64,000 nucleotides of DNA from a candidate division FCPU426 bacterium (GCA_963796105.1 CAWCKJ010000004.1:1056001-1120000); one strand, 5' to 3'; positions 9,465 to 19,860 are shown, numbered from the stretch's first letter. The notes: generated by a model not told the origin, from the letters alone. Translations and numbers: made by a program.

Positions 9465-10316
9465 ATGAGTCATAAAACCCATAGGGACTTGAGGGGCCTG
9501 TCTCCCGGCGAGCGGTACCAAACAATCCTTCAAGCTTTCGAAAGCCTGAAACCGGGGGACGCTTTTGAGATGGTGACGGAGCATGATCCTGAGACCTTGC
9601 GGTACCAGCTTCAAAAGGAAAAACCACGGCAGTTCCGTTGGGAATGCGATAAAAGGGGCCAAGAAACCTGGAAGACCACCATTGTGAGGGTTCCGGAAGG
9701 CATGGGAGAGGTCGGGGACGGCGGTCCTATTCCCCAGCCCAAGGTCCAAGAAAAACCGGATTGGGTCAAGAGCCTCAATCCTTCATGCGGCATTTACCTC
9801 GATGTGCGTCCCATGGTTGAAAAAGAGCTGGAACCCTTCCAAGTCATTTTGAAGACCCTCAAGGAGTTGAAGCCGGGCCAGCACTTTCAACTGGTGGACT
9901 CCTTGGAGTCGGAAGCCCTTTACCCCGTATTAGGCAGGATGGGTTTCATCCATTACACTGAATTCCAGGATGGGGCCTGGAACTGCTATTTCAAGAAAGC
10001 CCCGGAAATGGAAGAGACGGCCCATGAGAATGCCGAAACCGCCGGATCCGGGACTCTTTTCAACAAGATGATGGGAGTCCAGCCGAGGTTGGAGCTGGAT
10101 GTCCGGAACCTTCAGCCCCCTTTGCCTCTCATGAAAATCCTGGAAAACCTGCCGGCCATAGCCGAAAAGGGCGTGCTTTTGGTGCACCACCAGAAGGAAC
10201 CCCTGCAGCTCATGGATAAACTCCGGGAGAGCGGGTTCGAGGCGGTCAGCCGGAAACTTGGGGAGACCCACTACCAAATCCTGGTTTGGAAAAAATATCG
10301 ACCCATTCCCCGTTGA
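9465..10316 (+). CDS. DUF2249 (SirA/TusA-like) repeat protein, three domains
   Basis: Three (L/R)D(L/V)R..L.P-type units with HDPETL, ESEALY and KEPLQL. Confidence 0.75.
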   Translation: MSHKTHRDLRGLSPGERYQTILQAFESLKPGDAFEMVTEHDPETLRYQLQKEKPRQFRWECDKRGQETWKTTIVRVPEGMGEVGDGGPIPQPKVQEKPDWVKSLNPSCGIYLDVRPMVEKELEPFQVILKTLKELKPGQHFQLVDSLESEALYPVLGRMGFIHYTEFQDGAWNCYFKKAPEMEETAHENAETAGSGTLFNKMMGVQPRLELDVRNLQPPLPLMKILENLPAIAEKGVLLVHHQKEPLQLMDKLRESGFEAVSRKLGETHYQILVWKKYRPIPR

Positions 10317-10367
10317 ATGGGGAAATCCCCAGGGAAAATCGTTAATTATCCGCCTTCGCCTGAACAC

Positions 10368-10548
10368 CCGCCTTCACTGAGGCTGGGGAGGACAGGCCCC
10401 GGTCTTCGCCCTACGCTAAAGCTACAGGCGACAGGTGGCCGGGGATGAATGGCTGAAGTAAGGGCTACGGTGGATTCCGCATGCGTATTGTCGGCGGATA
10501 CCCACCAAAGCCGCCTTTCCTCTGAAGCCTTGCGAAAGAGGATGGCGG
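10368..10548. repeat. Cluster of REP-like palindromes
   Basis: cgccctacgctaaagctacaggcg nested in ccccgg..ccgggg; ggtggattccgc..gcggatacccacc; ccgcctttcctctgaagccttgcgaaagaggatggcgg. Confidence 0.55.
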
Positions 10549-10662
10549 AGGTGGGTCGATATAGGTACCACGGGCTTGCCCTTGGGGCTCCATCCCGCCG
10601 AAGAACTCACCCATCCCATCCTTGTTTTTCCAGGGAATAAGGGCCTTATTTTTCTCGTAATT

Positions 10663-10678
10663 TATGACCATAGTCATG
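10663..10678. promoter_or_regulatory. Candidate Crp/Fnr-type site TATGACcataGTCATG with -10 CATAAT at 10700-10705
   Basis: Palindrome with the same 21-bp gap to a -10-like hexamer as the 8608 site. Confidence 0.7.
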
Positions 10679-10734
10679 CAAGCCCCAGATGGGTCCTCCC
10701 ATAATAAAATCGATATTCAAAGGGGAGATGAGAC

Positions 10735-11463
10735 ATGAGGAAAGATTCCATGATTACGAAAGCCAAGAAAAAGAATGTTTTCCGGGACAGGGAGGAATCG
10801 GCCAGGGGGCTTTGCGAGAAGATGATGAACTACCGGAGCTTGCATCCCCTGGTCCTGGCGTTAAACCCCGAGGCTGTAGGCATGGGGAGGCTGGTGGCCC
10901 ATTATTTGAAGGGCGACCTGGATGTGATACTCTCCCAGCCCCTTTACTCCCGCGAGAATCCTCTGGCCCAAGCGGGGGCGGTCAGCGAAAAGGGAGCCTT
11001 TTACCAGAATCAAGTAAAAGCCGGCTCCAGGACCGCGGGGTCTTATTGCGAGGAAGAGGCCCAGCAAGGGATTCGGAACATGGAACAAAGGCGCAAGGTT
11101 TTCACGCCGGGGAAACCCCCGCGGAGCGCCCATTACCGCGTCGTGATCCTGGTGAGCGACGGAATGGCGGCGCAATGCGTCCTGATAGCGGCCCTGCGGC
11201 AAGTGGACTCTGAGCACCCGGCCAAAATCGTGGTTGCCACGGCGGCGGCCACGCCGGAAACCCTGGAATTTCTTAGGCAGGAAGCCGAGGAGTCTTTCGT
11301 GCTGATGGTGAAACCCGAGGCGGAAACCCTAAGGGATTTATACGAGAAGGCCGCCCCCATCGAGGATGAGGAAGTCGCTCATATCCTCGAAAATCCCCAG
11401 CCTATCCTGGAGCCAAGCCGGATTTTCCGCGCGGATTCCATGGATATCAACCTGGAAGATTAA
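10735..11463 (+). CDS. Phosphoribosyltransferase-like protein (degenerate PRPP loop)
   Basis: FRDREESAR...PLVLAL...VVILVSDGMAA...PAKIVVA...DEEV matches the putative PRTase family. Confidence 0.7.
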   Translation: MRKDSMITKAKKKNVFRDREESARGLCEKMMNYRSLHPLVLALNPEAVGMGRLVAHYLKGDLDVILSQPLYSRENPLAQAGAVSEKGAFYQNQVKAGSRTAGSYCEEEAQQGIRNMEQRRKVFTPGKPPRSAHYRVVILVSDGMAAQCVLIAALRQVDSEHPAKIVVATAAATPETLEFLRQEAEESFVLMVKPEAETLRDLYEKAAPIEDEEVAHILENPQPILEPSRIFRADSMDINLED

Positions 11464-11620
11464 TAACCAAAAAAATCAAATTAACCACAGGTTTCTTCGA
11501 AACCACAAGGGCTCAGTAAAAAAACTTCAAAAAATATTTTAACATTTTTGTTCAGTACGCTGCCGAGGCCCTGTCATTCGCTGCGGTGCGAAGGGTCCGG
11601 TGGTTAAATCTTTTTTCGGT

Positions 11621-12193
11621 TTAAGCCCCGAACCTGGCGCCAGCCTCGGTCCAATCGATGGCCTTCAGGAAGGCTTGCACGTAATCGGGCTTGGCCAATC
11701 CGTAATCCACCATGTAGGCGTGCTCGAACACGTCTCCCAGAAGAACAGGTATGGAGCCAGCGGGATAACCCGTGTCATGCTCGTTGATCCAGACGTTGAA
11801 GAGTTTTTTCCCGACCGGGTCGTAGGTGAGTGCCGCCCAGCCGATTCCTCTCATGCCGCAAACGGCCGCGAAGGCCTTTTTCCAATTCTCCACCGAGCCG
11901 AAATCCGCCTTGATCTGGTCTGCCAATTTTCCCGAGGGCTCCGGCTGTTTAGGGGTCTTGGTCATGTTCGAGAAGTAAAGCTCGTGCAGCCTCATGCCGT
12001 TGAACTCCCATCCGAACCTCCGCTTCAGCTCCGCGAAGCCCGGAGTGCCGGCTTCGGCCTTCTCCAATAGCTCCACGACCTTGTTCACGTTGGCCACATA
12101 ACCCTCATAAAGCTTGAAATGGTTCTTCAGCAAGGTCTCGCTGAAACCGGGCGTCCCGATCAGACTGGTAAAATCCTTTGGCTGGTAAGGCAT
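11621..12193 (-). CDS. sod: Fe/Mn superoxide dismutase family protein
   Basis: HFKLYEGYV, LHELYF, GIGWA and DVFEHAY ligand motifs. Confidence 0.9.
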   Translation of the reverse strand: MPYQPKDFTSLIGTPGFSETLLKNHFKLYEGYVANVNKVVELLEKAEAGTPGFAELKRRFGWEFNGMRLHELYFSNMTKTPKQPEPSGKLADQIKADFGSVENWKKAFAAVCGMRGIGWAALTYDPVGKKLFNVWINEHDTGYPAGSIPVLLGDVFEHAYMVDYGLAKPDYVQAFLKAIDWTEAGARFGA

Positions 12194-12561
12194 GTTTCGT
12201 CTCCTTGGTCAATATTTGATACAACTGATAAAGCCTTTTCGGCAAAAAAGAAAGGGGTGAAAGGCAAATAGTTTGAAATTTCCCCGGATTGGGGGATTCC
12301 CGATTAACCTTTCCTATATATGGGGTGTTTAAAACAAGAATTTACACAATATACCGGTTTTACATAGTGGTGCATCGCACCGTAGTGAATGGTCGTTAAT
12401 AGTTTAAACCCATAAAATTTTAAGGTTTTTCTTTACTGTGCCTTAGTGGTTCCGAAGGAACCTGTGGTGGATTAGGTTTTTTTTATGTCTCTATTTTCCC
12501 GAAGGGTTACTAAACGGTTGATTCCCGGGCCAAAGATGGATACCGTGACATTCTCCCCGGC

Positions 12562-13338
12562 ATGAGGGGAAATCCAAGCTTCGTGGAGTCTATGACATCG
12601 ACTTTTCTATATATAGTCTTGAGCGTCACGGTGGTGAGCCTTCTCTCGCTCATCGGCGTGTCCCTTTTCTCGCTCGGGCACAACGCCTTGCATCAGATCG
12701 TCTCTTTCCTTGTGGCTTTGGCCATCGGGGCTCTTTTCGGGGATAGTTTCCTGCATCTTCTTCCGGAGGCTTACGCCAAGCCGTCCGCCTCATTGAGTAC
12801 GCCCTTATACGTCATTGGCGGAATCTTGCTTTTTTTTATCCTGGAGAATTTCCTGCAATGGCGGCACCAGCACTCGGATGAGGACCAGGAAATCCACCCG
12901 GTGGGCTACTTGAACCTCGTGGCGGACATGGCCCACAACTACATCGACGGGCTCATCATCGGAGCCTCCTTCCTGGCGGGAACCAAACTGGGGATCGCAA
13001 CCTCATTGGCTGTCATGCTCCATGAGATCCCGCACGAGTTCAGCAATTTCGGGATCCTGGTGATGTCCGGCTTCAGCAGGGGAAGGGCCCTTTTCCTGAA
13101 CTTCATGACGGCCTTGACGGCCGTGGCGGGGGGGCTCACGGCCTATTGGGTGGGTTCGAACTTGGATGGCTTTATGCAGGCCTTGATTCCCATCACCGCT
13201 GGAAGTTTTATTTATATCGCCGGTTCCGACCTGGTGCCCCAGCTCCATAAAAACGTGAAGTCCCTCAGGGCGTTGCTACAAATCTTGGCCATCCTCGCGG
13301 GAGTGGCAATCATGTATTTGCTGAAGGTGTACGAGTAA
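12562..13338 (+). CDS. ZIP family metal transporter (start may be 12592)
   Basis: FLHLLPEA, HNYIDG, HEIPHE and FIYIA motifs. Confidence 0.92.
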   Translation: MRGNPSFVESMTSTFLYIVLSVTVVSLLSLIGVSLFSLGHNALHQIVSFLVALAIGALFGDSFLHLLPEAYAKPSASLSTPLYVIGGILLFFILENFLQWRHQHSDEDQEIHPVGYLNLVADMAHNYIDGLIIGASFLAGTKLGIATSLAVMLHEIPHEFSNFGILVMSGFSRGRALFLNFMTALTAVAGGLTAYWVGSNLDGFMQALIPITAGSFIYIAGSDLVPQLHKNVKSLRALLQILAILAGVAIMYLLKVYE

Positions 13339-13355
13339 AGATATCCAAACTGTGG

Positions 13356-14459
13356 CTATTGTTTTGATATAGCCGCTTTCGATTCCTTCCAAAGCTGGTT
13401 CAAGGCTTCCCACAGGCTTTTCCTTGTGGCCAAGGGGAAGGGGTTACCCGGAGGCAAACCTTTCATCAAGCGACGGTGCGCCTCACCCAGGCTGTGGTAT
13501 GGCATGCCAGGGAACAAATGATGTGTGGCATGGAACCTCAAACCAACAGGTGCCCAAAGGGGAGTAGTGAGAAAATTGCCGGGGATGTCGTTGGAGTCCA
13601 GGAACTGCTCGCTGAATTCCATTTCATGGGCCGGTGGGTTGCGGTAGCAATGGGCTACCAGTGTCCGGACCCCGTTGGTGACCAGGATAAACATCGCGGC
13701 CAGGTACCAGAACAAGAGAACCTTCCAGGGAAGGATTCCCAGAATCATCAATAAAAGACCCGAGGCGGAGTAGGCAAAGGTCATGAATTCCTGGGTCCAC
13801 CACAGGTATTTTTCTCCGGCGGAAGGCTCGGGCCTTTTGTAGCCGGATCCGACCGCAAGTGACGAGGCCAATTCCCAAAGGGGTTTCCGGAGAGGTTGGA
13901 TGACATAGGAGAGGGGGGTGAGAATCGAAAACCGGACCAGGAAAATGGTCGGCGCCAGAAACATGCTTAAAAGGAATAATGGAATCCGGTAAGGCTTGGA
14001 TATCGCGAAGGGGAAATATTCCTTATCGTCCTTCGTGCCGTAGAGGCTCTGTTTGTGGTGATCGATATGGATCCCCATATAAAGCAAGGATGGGACCATC
14101 AAGGGAAAGCCGCATAAGAGGTTCCAAACGGCATGAAAAAACCGGAAGGTCCCTTTCTTTAAATGGGTGAGTTCATGTATAAAAAGCACCGCCCGGTAAA
14201 GGTATAAGCCCGCGATCAGGAAAGAAACTATTTGCAATGGAGAAAACGCGGGGGCCTTGATGGCTACGATCAAAGCTGCCCATCCCAGTAGATCGTGAAA
14301 AAGGAAATCAGGCCAGTAAATGTAAGATTTGGCCTCGAATAGGTCCCTGCAAAGGCCTTTTGCCTCGGCCATGGGAAAGATTGCGGTTTTTTCTGGCATG
14401 ACTTTATTCGCGAGAGTAGCGTTCAAAACAATTGCTCCTTGAGGACTGCTATTTACCAA
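13356..14459 (-). CDS. Membrane fatty acid desaturase
   Basis: His boxes HELTH, HIDHH and HATHH; start is uncertain (possibly 14400). Confidence 0.85.
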   Translation of the reverse strand: MVNSSPQGAIVLNATLANKVMPEKTAIFPMAEAKGLCRDLFEAKSYIYWPDFLFHDLLGWAALIVAIKAPAFSPLQIVSFLIAGLYLYRAVLFIHELTHLKKGTFRFFHAVWNLLCGFPLMVPSLLYMGIHIDHHKQSLYGTKDDKEYFPFAISKPYRIPLFLLSMFLAPTIFLVRFSILTPLSYVIQPLRKPLWELASSLAVGSGYKRPEPSAGEKYLWWTQEFMTFAYSASGLLLMILGILPWKVLLFWYLAAMFILVTNGVRTLVAHCYRNPPAHEMEFSEQFLDSNDIPGNFLTTPLWAPVGLRFHATHHLFPGMPYHSLGEAHRRLMKGLPPGNPFPLATRKSLWEALNQLWKESKAAISKQ

Positions 14460-14705
14460 AAACAGAAGCCTGTTTTCAAGAAGTTACCTGATGGGAATTA
14501 GGTTCCTTTTGGGGGGTTTTGATGGAATAAGGATTAAATTCCAGTCCTGAAAATGTCCAAAATGGGGCGTACATGCCCGTATGGTTTGTCGGACGTTTTT
14601 AAACCTCAAAGTTGTCAAAAAAATAATGTTATTTGGTAAGATTGAAAGCCGTCTTCATTCTTTTTATTCTTTAATTGAAGCGATTAAGGGGAGGCTTCAT
14701 TTTAA

Positions 14706-15497
14706 ATGAGTCATATTAAAACCGTCTTTTTTCCTCTCACTTTCATCTCATGCAATCTTCTCTTCGCCCAAAATGGGCCCTGGTTCCCTCCGAACGCGTC
14801 CCTGGAAGGCGGCCGCATCGATAAACTGGTGATCTTTTCCTTCTGGGTGACAGGCTGTTTCTTCGCGGTGGTGGTTCTCGCCATGATCTTTTTCACCTTC
14901 CGCTACCGCAACAGGGAAGGCCACAAGGCCTTCTACACCCACGGCACCGGCATGGTAGAGCGGCTCATCACCTTCGCGCTGGCTGCCACTGTCTTCGGGG
15001 TCATCGACATGAACGTTATCCACCGCTCCAACGAGGACTACGACAACCTGCTCGGGAAGAACCTCGATAAGTCCAAGGCCCTCCGGGTCGAAGTGCAGGG
15101 CCGGCAGTTCGAGTGGCGCATCCGCTACTCCGCCGACAACCGGCACTTCGGGACGCCCCAGGACATCACGACCCTCAACCAACTGCACCTGCCCGTGAAC
15201 CGGCCCATCCTCGTGCAGGTCACCTCGGCCGACGTCATCCACAGTTTCTACCTCCCCAATTTCAGGGTGCGGCAGGACGTGGTCCCGGGCCTGGTATCCC
15301 AGCTCGGCTTCCAGGCGGTTCAGAAGGGCCCCTTTACCCTGGCCTGCTCGGAACTTTGCGGCCTGGGCCATTACCGTATGAAGGGCTACGTGACGGTGGA
15401 GGATGAGGCGGATTTCGAGAAGTTCCTGGCAGACGCGGCTAAAAACACGGATAAGGATCCGGCTAACAACTGGGGCTGGGCTTGGGAGGATCGATGA
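14706..15497 (+). CDS. coxB: Cytochrome c oxidase subunit II
   Basis: QFEW, DVIHSF and CSELCGLGHYRM CuA motif. Confidence 0.95.
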   Translation: MSHIKTVFFPLTFISCNLLFAQNGPWFPPNASLEGGRIDKLVIFSFWVTGCFFAVVVLAMIFFTFRYRNREGHKAFYTHGTGMVERLITFALAATVFGVIDMNVIHRSNEDYDNLLGKNLDKSKALRVEVQGRQFEWRIRYSADNRHFGTPQDITTLNQLHLPVNRPILVQVTSADVIHSFYLPNFRVRQDVVPGLVSQLGFQAVQKGPFTLACSELCGLGHYRMKGYVTVEDEADFEKFLADAAKNTDKDPANNWGWAWEDR

Positions 15498-17212
15498 TGG
15501 ATGAACAATACCTTCATGAGGCGCCGACGAATTTCATAACGAAGTATGTTTTCTCAATGGACCACAAGGTGATCGGGCGCCAGTTCCTTTTTTACGGCCT
15601 GTTTTTCCTGCTGTTGGGGGGAATCATGGCCTACCTGATCCGCTGGCAGCTAGCCTATCCCTGGACGCCCGCGCCGGTTTTCGGCAGGCTTTTCTTCCCC
15701 TCCTCGGGTGGGGCCGTCACCCCTGAAATCTACACCACCCTCATCACACTTCACGGGACCATCATGATCTTTTTCGCCATCACCCCCATCGTGATCGGGG
15801 CCTTCGGCAATTTCCTGATACCCCTGCAGTGCGGGGCCAGGGACATGGCATTCCCAATTTTAAACATGCTTTCCTTCTGGCTCATGCCCATCGCGGGAGC
15901 CTTCCTGATGGTGGCTTTTTTCTCCGAGCAGGCCGCCGCCGCGGGTTGGACAGGATACCCTCCCTTGAGTTCATCCGCCTACACACCCGGGGCGGGAGAG
16001 AGCGCCTGGGCCTTGAGCCTCATTTTCCTGGGGACCTCCTCCATTATGGGAGGCATCAACTACGTCACCACCGTCCTGAACCTCAGGGCCAGGGGTCTTT
16101 CAATTTGGAAGCTCCCTTTAACCATTTGGGGATTATTCCTCACCGCAGTCCTGAACTTGGCCTTCGTCCCGGTCATCGCCATTGGATTGGTAATGCTGCT
16201 CTTTGACCGTACCTACGGCACCCACTTTTTCACCGGGGTGGCCATCACCGGCGAGCAGGCTGGCCAGCCCCTTTTATACCAGCACATCTTCTGGGCCTTC
16301 GGGCACCCCGAGGTTTACATCCTTATACTTCCGGTGTGGGGGATGGTTTCCGATATTCTCTCCGTTTTCTCGCGGAAGCCCGCTTTCGGCTACAGGCTAA
16401 CGGCGCTTTCCATGCTCACTATCACCCTCCTGAGCGCGGTGGTTTGGGGCCACCACATGTTCATCTCCGGCATGAGCCCGGCCCTGGGGAAAGCCTTCCA
16501 ATCCCTCACGATGCTTATCTCGATCCCCTCCTCCATCTTTTTCTTCAACTGGCTGGCCACGATGTGGCGGGGCAACCTGAAGTTCGCCACTCCCATGCTT
16601 TACGCCATGGGAGTTATCTTTGTTTTCGCCATTGGCGGGCTAACCGGAATCCTGCTGGCCTCCCGCACGATGGACATCTACCTTCACGGAAGCTATTTTG
16701 TGGTGGCCCACTTCCATTTCACCATGGCCATGTCGGTATTCCTGGGGTCCTTCGCGGCGATTTATTTCTGGTACCCGAAATTATTCGGCAGGGAGATGAA
16801 CGAGACTCTCGGGAAAATCCATTTCTGGATCACTTTTGTCTCGGTCAACGTGGTGTTCCTGGTCATGTTTAGGGTCGGGCTCGCGGGATTGATGCGGCGC
16901 GTGGCGGACCCCACGGCCTATGAGGTTTTCAAGCCCCTCCAGCCCTTGAACCAGGTCATCACCTACGGCGTGATCGTCCTGGGGATTTCACAGCTTATCT
17001 TCATCTGGAACTTCTTTTACAGCATGTCCCGCGGCAAAAAAGCTGCGGAAAACCCCTGGAACGCCGCGACTTTGGAATGGACGGTTCCATCCCCGCCGCC
17101 GCATGAGAATTTCCCGGGTGAATTGCCGGTGGTTTACAACGGACCCCATGAGTACGGCAACCCCCTGGCCCAGGGGAAAGACTTCCTTCTTCAGACTGAA
17201 AAGGCGGGATAA
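15494..17212 (+). CDS. coxA: Cytochrome c oxidase subunit I, type A1
   Basis: DHKVIG, HGTIMIF, GHPEVY, WGHHM and HFHF; ATGA overlap with the coxB stop. Confidence 0.96.
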   Translation: MMDEQYLHEAPTNFITKYVFSMDHKVIGRQFLFYGLFFLLLGGIMAYLIRWQLAYPWTPAPVFGRLFFPSSGGAVTPEIYTTLITLHGTIMIFFAITPIVIGAFGNFLIPLQCGARDMAFPILNMLSFWLMPIAGAFLMVAFFSEQAAAAGWTGYPPLSSSAYTPGAGESAWALSLIFLGTSSIMGGINYVTTVLNLRARGLSIWKLPLTIWGLFLTAVLNLAFVPVIAIGLVMLLFDRTYGTHFFTGVAITGEQAGQPLLYQHIFWAFGHPEVYILILPVWGMVSDILSVFSRKPAFGYRLTALSMLTITLLSAVVWGHHMFISGMSPALGKAFQSLTMLISIPSSIFFFNWLATMWRGNLKFATPMLYAMGVIFVFAIGGLTGILLASRTMDIYLHGSYFVVAHFHFTMAMSVFLGSFAAIYFWYPKLFGREMNETLGKIHFWITFVSVNVVFLVMFRVGLAGLMRRVADPTAYEVFKPLQPLNQVITYGVIVLGISQLIFIWNFFYSMSRGKKAAENPWNAATLEWTVPSPPPHENFPGELPVVYNGPHEYGNPLAQGKDFLLQTEKAG

Positions 17213-17273
17213 AAAGGTTCCAGCCTGTTAGGCCGGGATTTTAGGTGGTAATGTTAATTTAAAAGGGGAAACA

Positions 17274-17861
17274 ATGAGCGCGGACGCGTCGGTTTATCCA
17301 AACACTTCCACTGGCGTGCCTTCCGCCAGGCTGGGGATGATCATCTTCCTGGCCTCCGAGGTCATGATGTTCGCCACCCTCATCGCGGGCTACCTGGTAT
17401 TGAGGTCCAGCCAAACACTCTGGCCCCCCCAGGGGCAGCCTGCTTTGAACGTCCCCATGACCGCCATCAATACCTTCTTCCTGGTTTCCAGCAGTTTCAC
17501 CCTTCATTTCGCGGAAAAGTTCTACGGCCAAAGATCCCTGGGGAAATTTCTCGGCTTTCTCGGCGCGTCGATCCTCCTGGGTGTTCTTTTCCTTTCCATC
17601 CAGGCCTATGAATACAGCCGCCTGGTCGCGGAGGGTTTAAGCCTTTCCTCCAGCACCTACGGCTCGGTGTTTTTCACACTGACGGGTTTCCACGGGTTCC
17701 ACGTCCTGGTGGGGATCACGCTCATGAACATCGTTTTCTGGCGCGCGAACTCGAGGAACCTGACCACCGCCAGCCACGCCTTTGTGGAGAATGTCGGGTT
17801 ATACTGGCATTTCGTGGATATCGTTTGGATCGTGCTTTTCTCAATGCTTTACCTTTGGTGA
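17274..17861 (+). CDS. coxC: Cytochrome c oxidase subunit III
   Basis: FLASEVMMF, TGFHGFHV and YWHFVDIVW. Confidence 0.95.
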   Translation: MSADASVYPNTSTGVPSARLGMIIFLASEVMMFATLIAGYLVLRSSQTLWPPQGQPALNVPMTAINTFFLVSSSFTLHFAEKFYGQRSLGKFLGFLGASILLGVLFLSIQAYEYSRLVAEGLSLSSSTYGSVFFTLTGFHGFHVLVGITLMNIVFWRANSRNLTTASHAFVENVGLYWHFVDIVWIVLFSMLYLW

Positions 17862-17865
17862 GAAC

Positions 17866-18099
17866 ATGAAAAACTGGGCTTGCGGAATCTTTTCTTACCT
17901 GGCCTTGGCCGCGGTGAAGGTTTATGCCTGCCCCCTTTGCGCGGAAGGTTTGCGCCGGGTCAATAACGGCAAGCTGATCCAAGGCTATTTCTTCGCCTAT
18001 GGAATCCTGGTCCTGGTTCCTGTTGGAATCGTGGGAACGATCGCCTGGATCCTGCTCAGGGCGCATTCCCGAAAGATGCTCGCGCATCCCCCGCGTTAG
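17866..18099 (+). CDS. Small membrane protein with CxxC (signal peptide, CPLC, one TM)
   Basis: ATG 4 bp after the coxC stop; MKNWACG...VYA|CPLCAE...hydrophobic helix. Confidence 0.6.
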   Translation: MKNWACGIFSYLALAAVKVYACPLCAEGLRRVNNGKLIQGYFFAYGILVLVPVGIVGTIAWILLRAHSRKMLAHPPR

Positions 18100-18142
18100 G
18101 TTTCTTAAGCTTTTCCCAGCCGCCGATTTTTATTCCCCCAAC

Positions 18143-18158
18143 CATGACTTTTGTCACA
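18143..18158. promoter_or_regulatory. Candidate Crp/Fnr-type site CATGACttttGTCACA
   Basis: Near-consensus palindrome upstream of the YwiC-like gene. Confidence 0.55.
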
Positions 18159-18231
18159 TCCTCCAAAGATCATTTCATTAAAAATAAATACTCCCACAGG
18201 TATGTGGGGTTTTGTTTGAAAAGGAATAAAC

Positions 18232-19026
18232 ATGTTGCCTAAGGAACACGGGGCCTGGGTTGCTCTTTTAGTCTCTCTTTTTACGGGATGGATTGTCCTT
18301 GATTCCTTCCATCCTGCGGCATTCGCCGCGAGCCTTTTGTGGGTTTCGGGTTTCATCCTGCGCTCTCCGGCCTTGACCGCCCGGCAATACTGGAGGACGG
18401 ACCCCAGGCGGGCCAAGAAAGCCGCGGCTTTTTTCTTTTTCCTGTTAGCCCTATTCATCGGGTCGGCCATTGTTTTTTTCGGGGGAGCTCCCGCTCCCGA
18501 TATTCAACTGGTCCTGGGGGCGGGAATCCCGCTTGGATTGTTGATTTCCTTGATCGCGGCCTGGAGGAGAAACCTCAGGGCATTGTGGGTGGAAGTCCTG
18601 GGATTCGCGGCCCTTTGCCTACTCGCTCCAGCGGTTATTCTTTCCGATCCGAAAATGGAACTGGCCGGAGCCCTTCAAATTTATGTTTTATCCGCCGGGT
18701 ATTTTATCCTGGCGCTTTTTTACGTGAAGGTCCGGCAGAATTGGCTGGCACGGTCCAGGTCCGGGGAAAAATTCACCTGGGTGTCACGGGCTCGTTCAGG
18801 GATGGGAACCTGTCTGGCCCATATTTTATTCCTAATCATAGTAGCTGCCTTCGCGCCTTTTCCTTTTCTGGTCCTGGGACCGCTTTGGGCCGCGGCCAGG
18901 ATAGGGTTTGGGATTTTCCTGGGAAAACCGGATCTTCCTATCATGAAATTGGGCGTCCGGGAGATGATCCATTCACTGGTTTATTTTGGGATCACCGTGG
19001 TTATATGGAAATTTCATTTTTCCTGA
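18232..19026 (+). CDS. YwiC-like membrane protein
   Basis: N-terminal P(K/R)EHGAW motif, FYVK, K.G..E and multiple TM segments. Confidence 0.75.
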   Translation: MLPKEHGAWVALLVSLFTGWIVLDSFHPAAFAASLLWVSGFILRSPALTARQYWRTDPRRAKKAAAFFFFLLALFIGSAIVFFGGAPAPDIQLVLGAGIPLGLLISLIAAWRRNLRALWVEVLGFAALCLLAPAVILSDPKMELAGALQIYVLSAGYFILALFYVKVRQNWLARSRSGEKFTWVSRARSGMGTCLAHILFLIIVAAFAPFPFLVLGPLWAAARIGFGIFLGKPDLPIMKLGVREMIHSLVYFGITVVIWKFHFS

Positions 19027-19056
19027 GAAGTGAAATAGGGCCCGCTTTAATCGGCT

Positions 19057-19572
19057 TTAATTTTCCTCGTCACTGGCAAGGTTGGGAGTGTCCTGTATGG
19101 CATAGGTCAAAAGACGGCAAAGCTGGTTTTTTTCCTTCTCCTCCACCACCCGGTCCAGTTCGGGATATAAAATCCGGTTTTCCCGCACCGAATGCTGTTC
19201 CATGTATTTCTTGAATTGGGCCTCATCGTCGAATAGGGCGATGATTTCCTTCCAATTGGAGTCGCTTCGGCTCAATCGGGAGGCCCTCAGGACCAGGCGG
19301 TTGAACCACTCCGTAATTTTCTGGTGGTCCGAGGAAAAAGCCTCGGTTTCCCCTCCGTGAACCTGCGCGGCCCTCTGCTGGTAGAGCGGAAGAAGAATCT
19401 CATCCTCCTCCTTCATGTGGTTGAAAAGGGCTTTTCCCAAGGTCTTCAACATGGCCCTGGCTTGGGTGTAATCACCCTTGAGGATTGCAACCTGATGGTT
19501 CTCGAACAAGTCGTGCATTTCGAGGTGGATCTGGTTCAATTCCAGAAGAGTATGTGGGTGGTTTTCCGCCAT
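19057..19572 (-). CDS. Hemerythrin (HHE) domain protein
   Basis: H...HQ...HMKEEDEILLP...DH...HSVRENRILYP; paralogue of 3967-4443. Confidence 0.85.
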   Translation of the reverse strand: MAENHPHTLLELNQIHLEMHDLFENHQVAILKGDYTQARAMLKTLGKALFNHMKEEDEILLPLYQQRAAQVHGGETEAFSSDHQKITEWFNRLVLRASRLSRSDSNWKEIIALFDDEAQFKKYMEQHSVRENRILYPELDRVVEEKEKNQLCRLLTYAIQDTPNLASDEEN

Positions 19573-19660
19573 TGGACTGTCCCTCGGAGAATTCCCAAGC
19601 CTCTGGGAAATGGATTTAGATGTATGACTGGGATTCTAGATTTATTGGAAGTTTCTTAAG

Positions 19661-19676
19661 TATGACTAGTCTCATA
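19661..19676. promoter_or_regulatory. Candidate Crp/Fnr-type site TATGACtagtCTCATA
   Basis: Palindrome with TAGAAT on the minus strand (19638-19633) pointing towards the hemerythrin gene. Confidence 0.6.
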
Positions 19677-19860
19677 GTATTCGAGGCCCCTGGAAACAGG
19701 GATGAGGTCTTTGAGGTAAAAATTCTTGAAAAACGTGATTCTATATGGCGGCCTTGACGAAATTTAAGCTTTTGCCTATGGTCATAAAGGAATATGATTT
19801 TAAGGCATTAATAAGTTTGAAATATTAATTTATGGTTACCACGGGTAAGTAGCCGGAAAG

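Noticed and set aside
18339..19214. 291-aa alternative-frame ORF
   Set aside because: Overlaps the YwiC-like and hemerythrin genes and has an atypical Gly/Pro/Arg-rich composition.
19771..19786. Additional regulon box TTTGCCtatgGTCATA
   Set aside because: Only one good half-site, so not counted.
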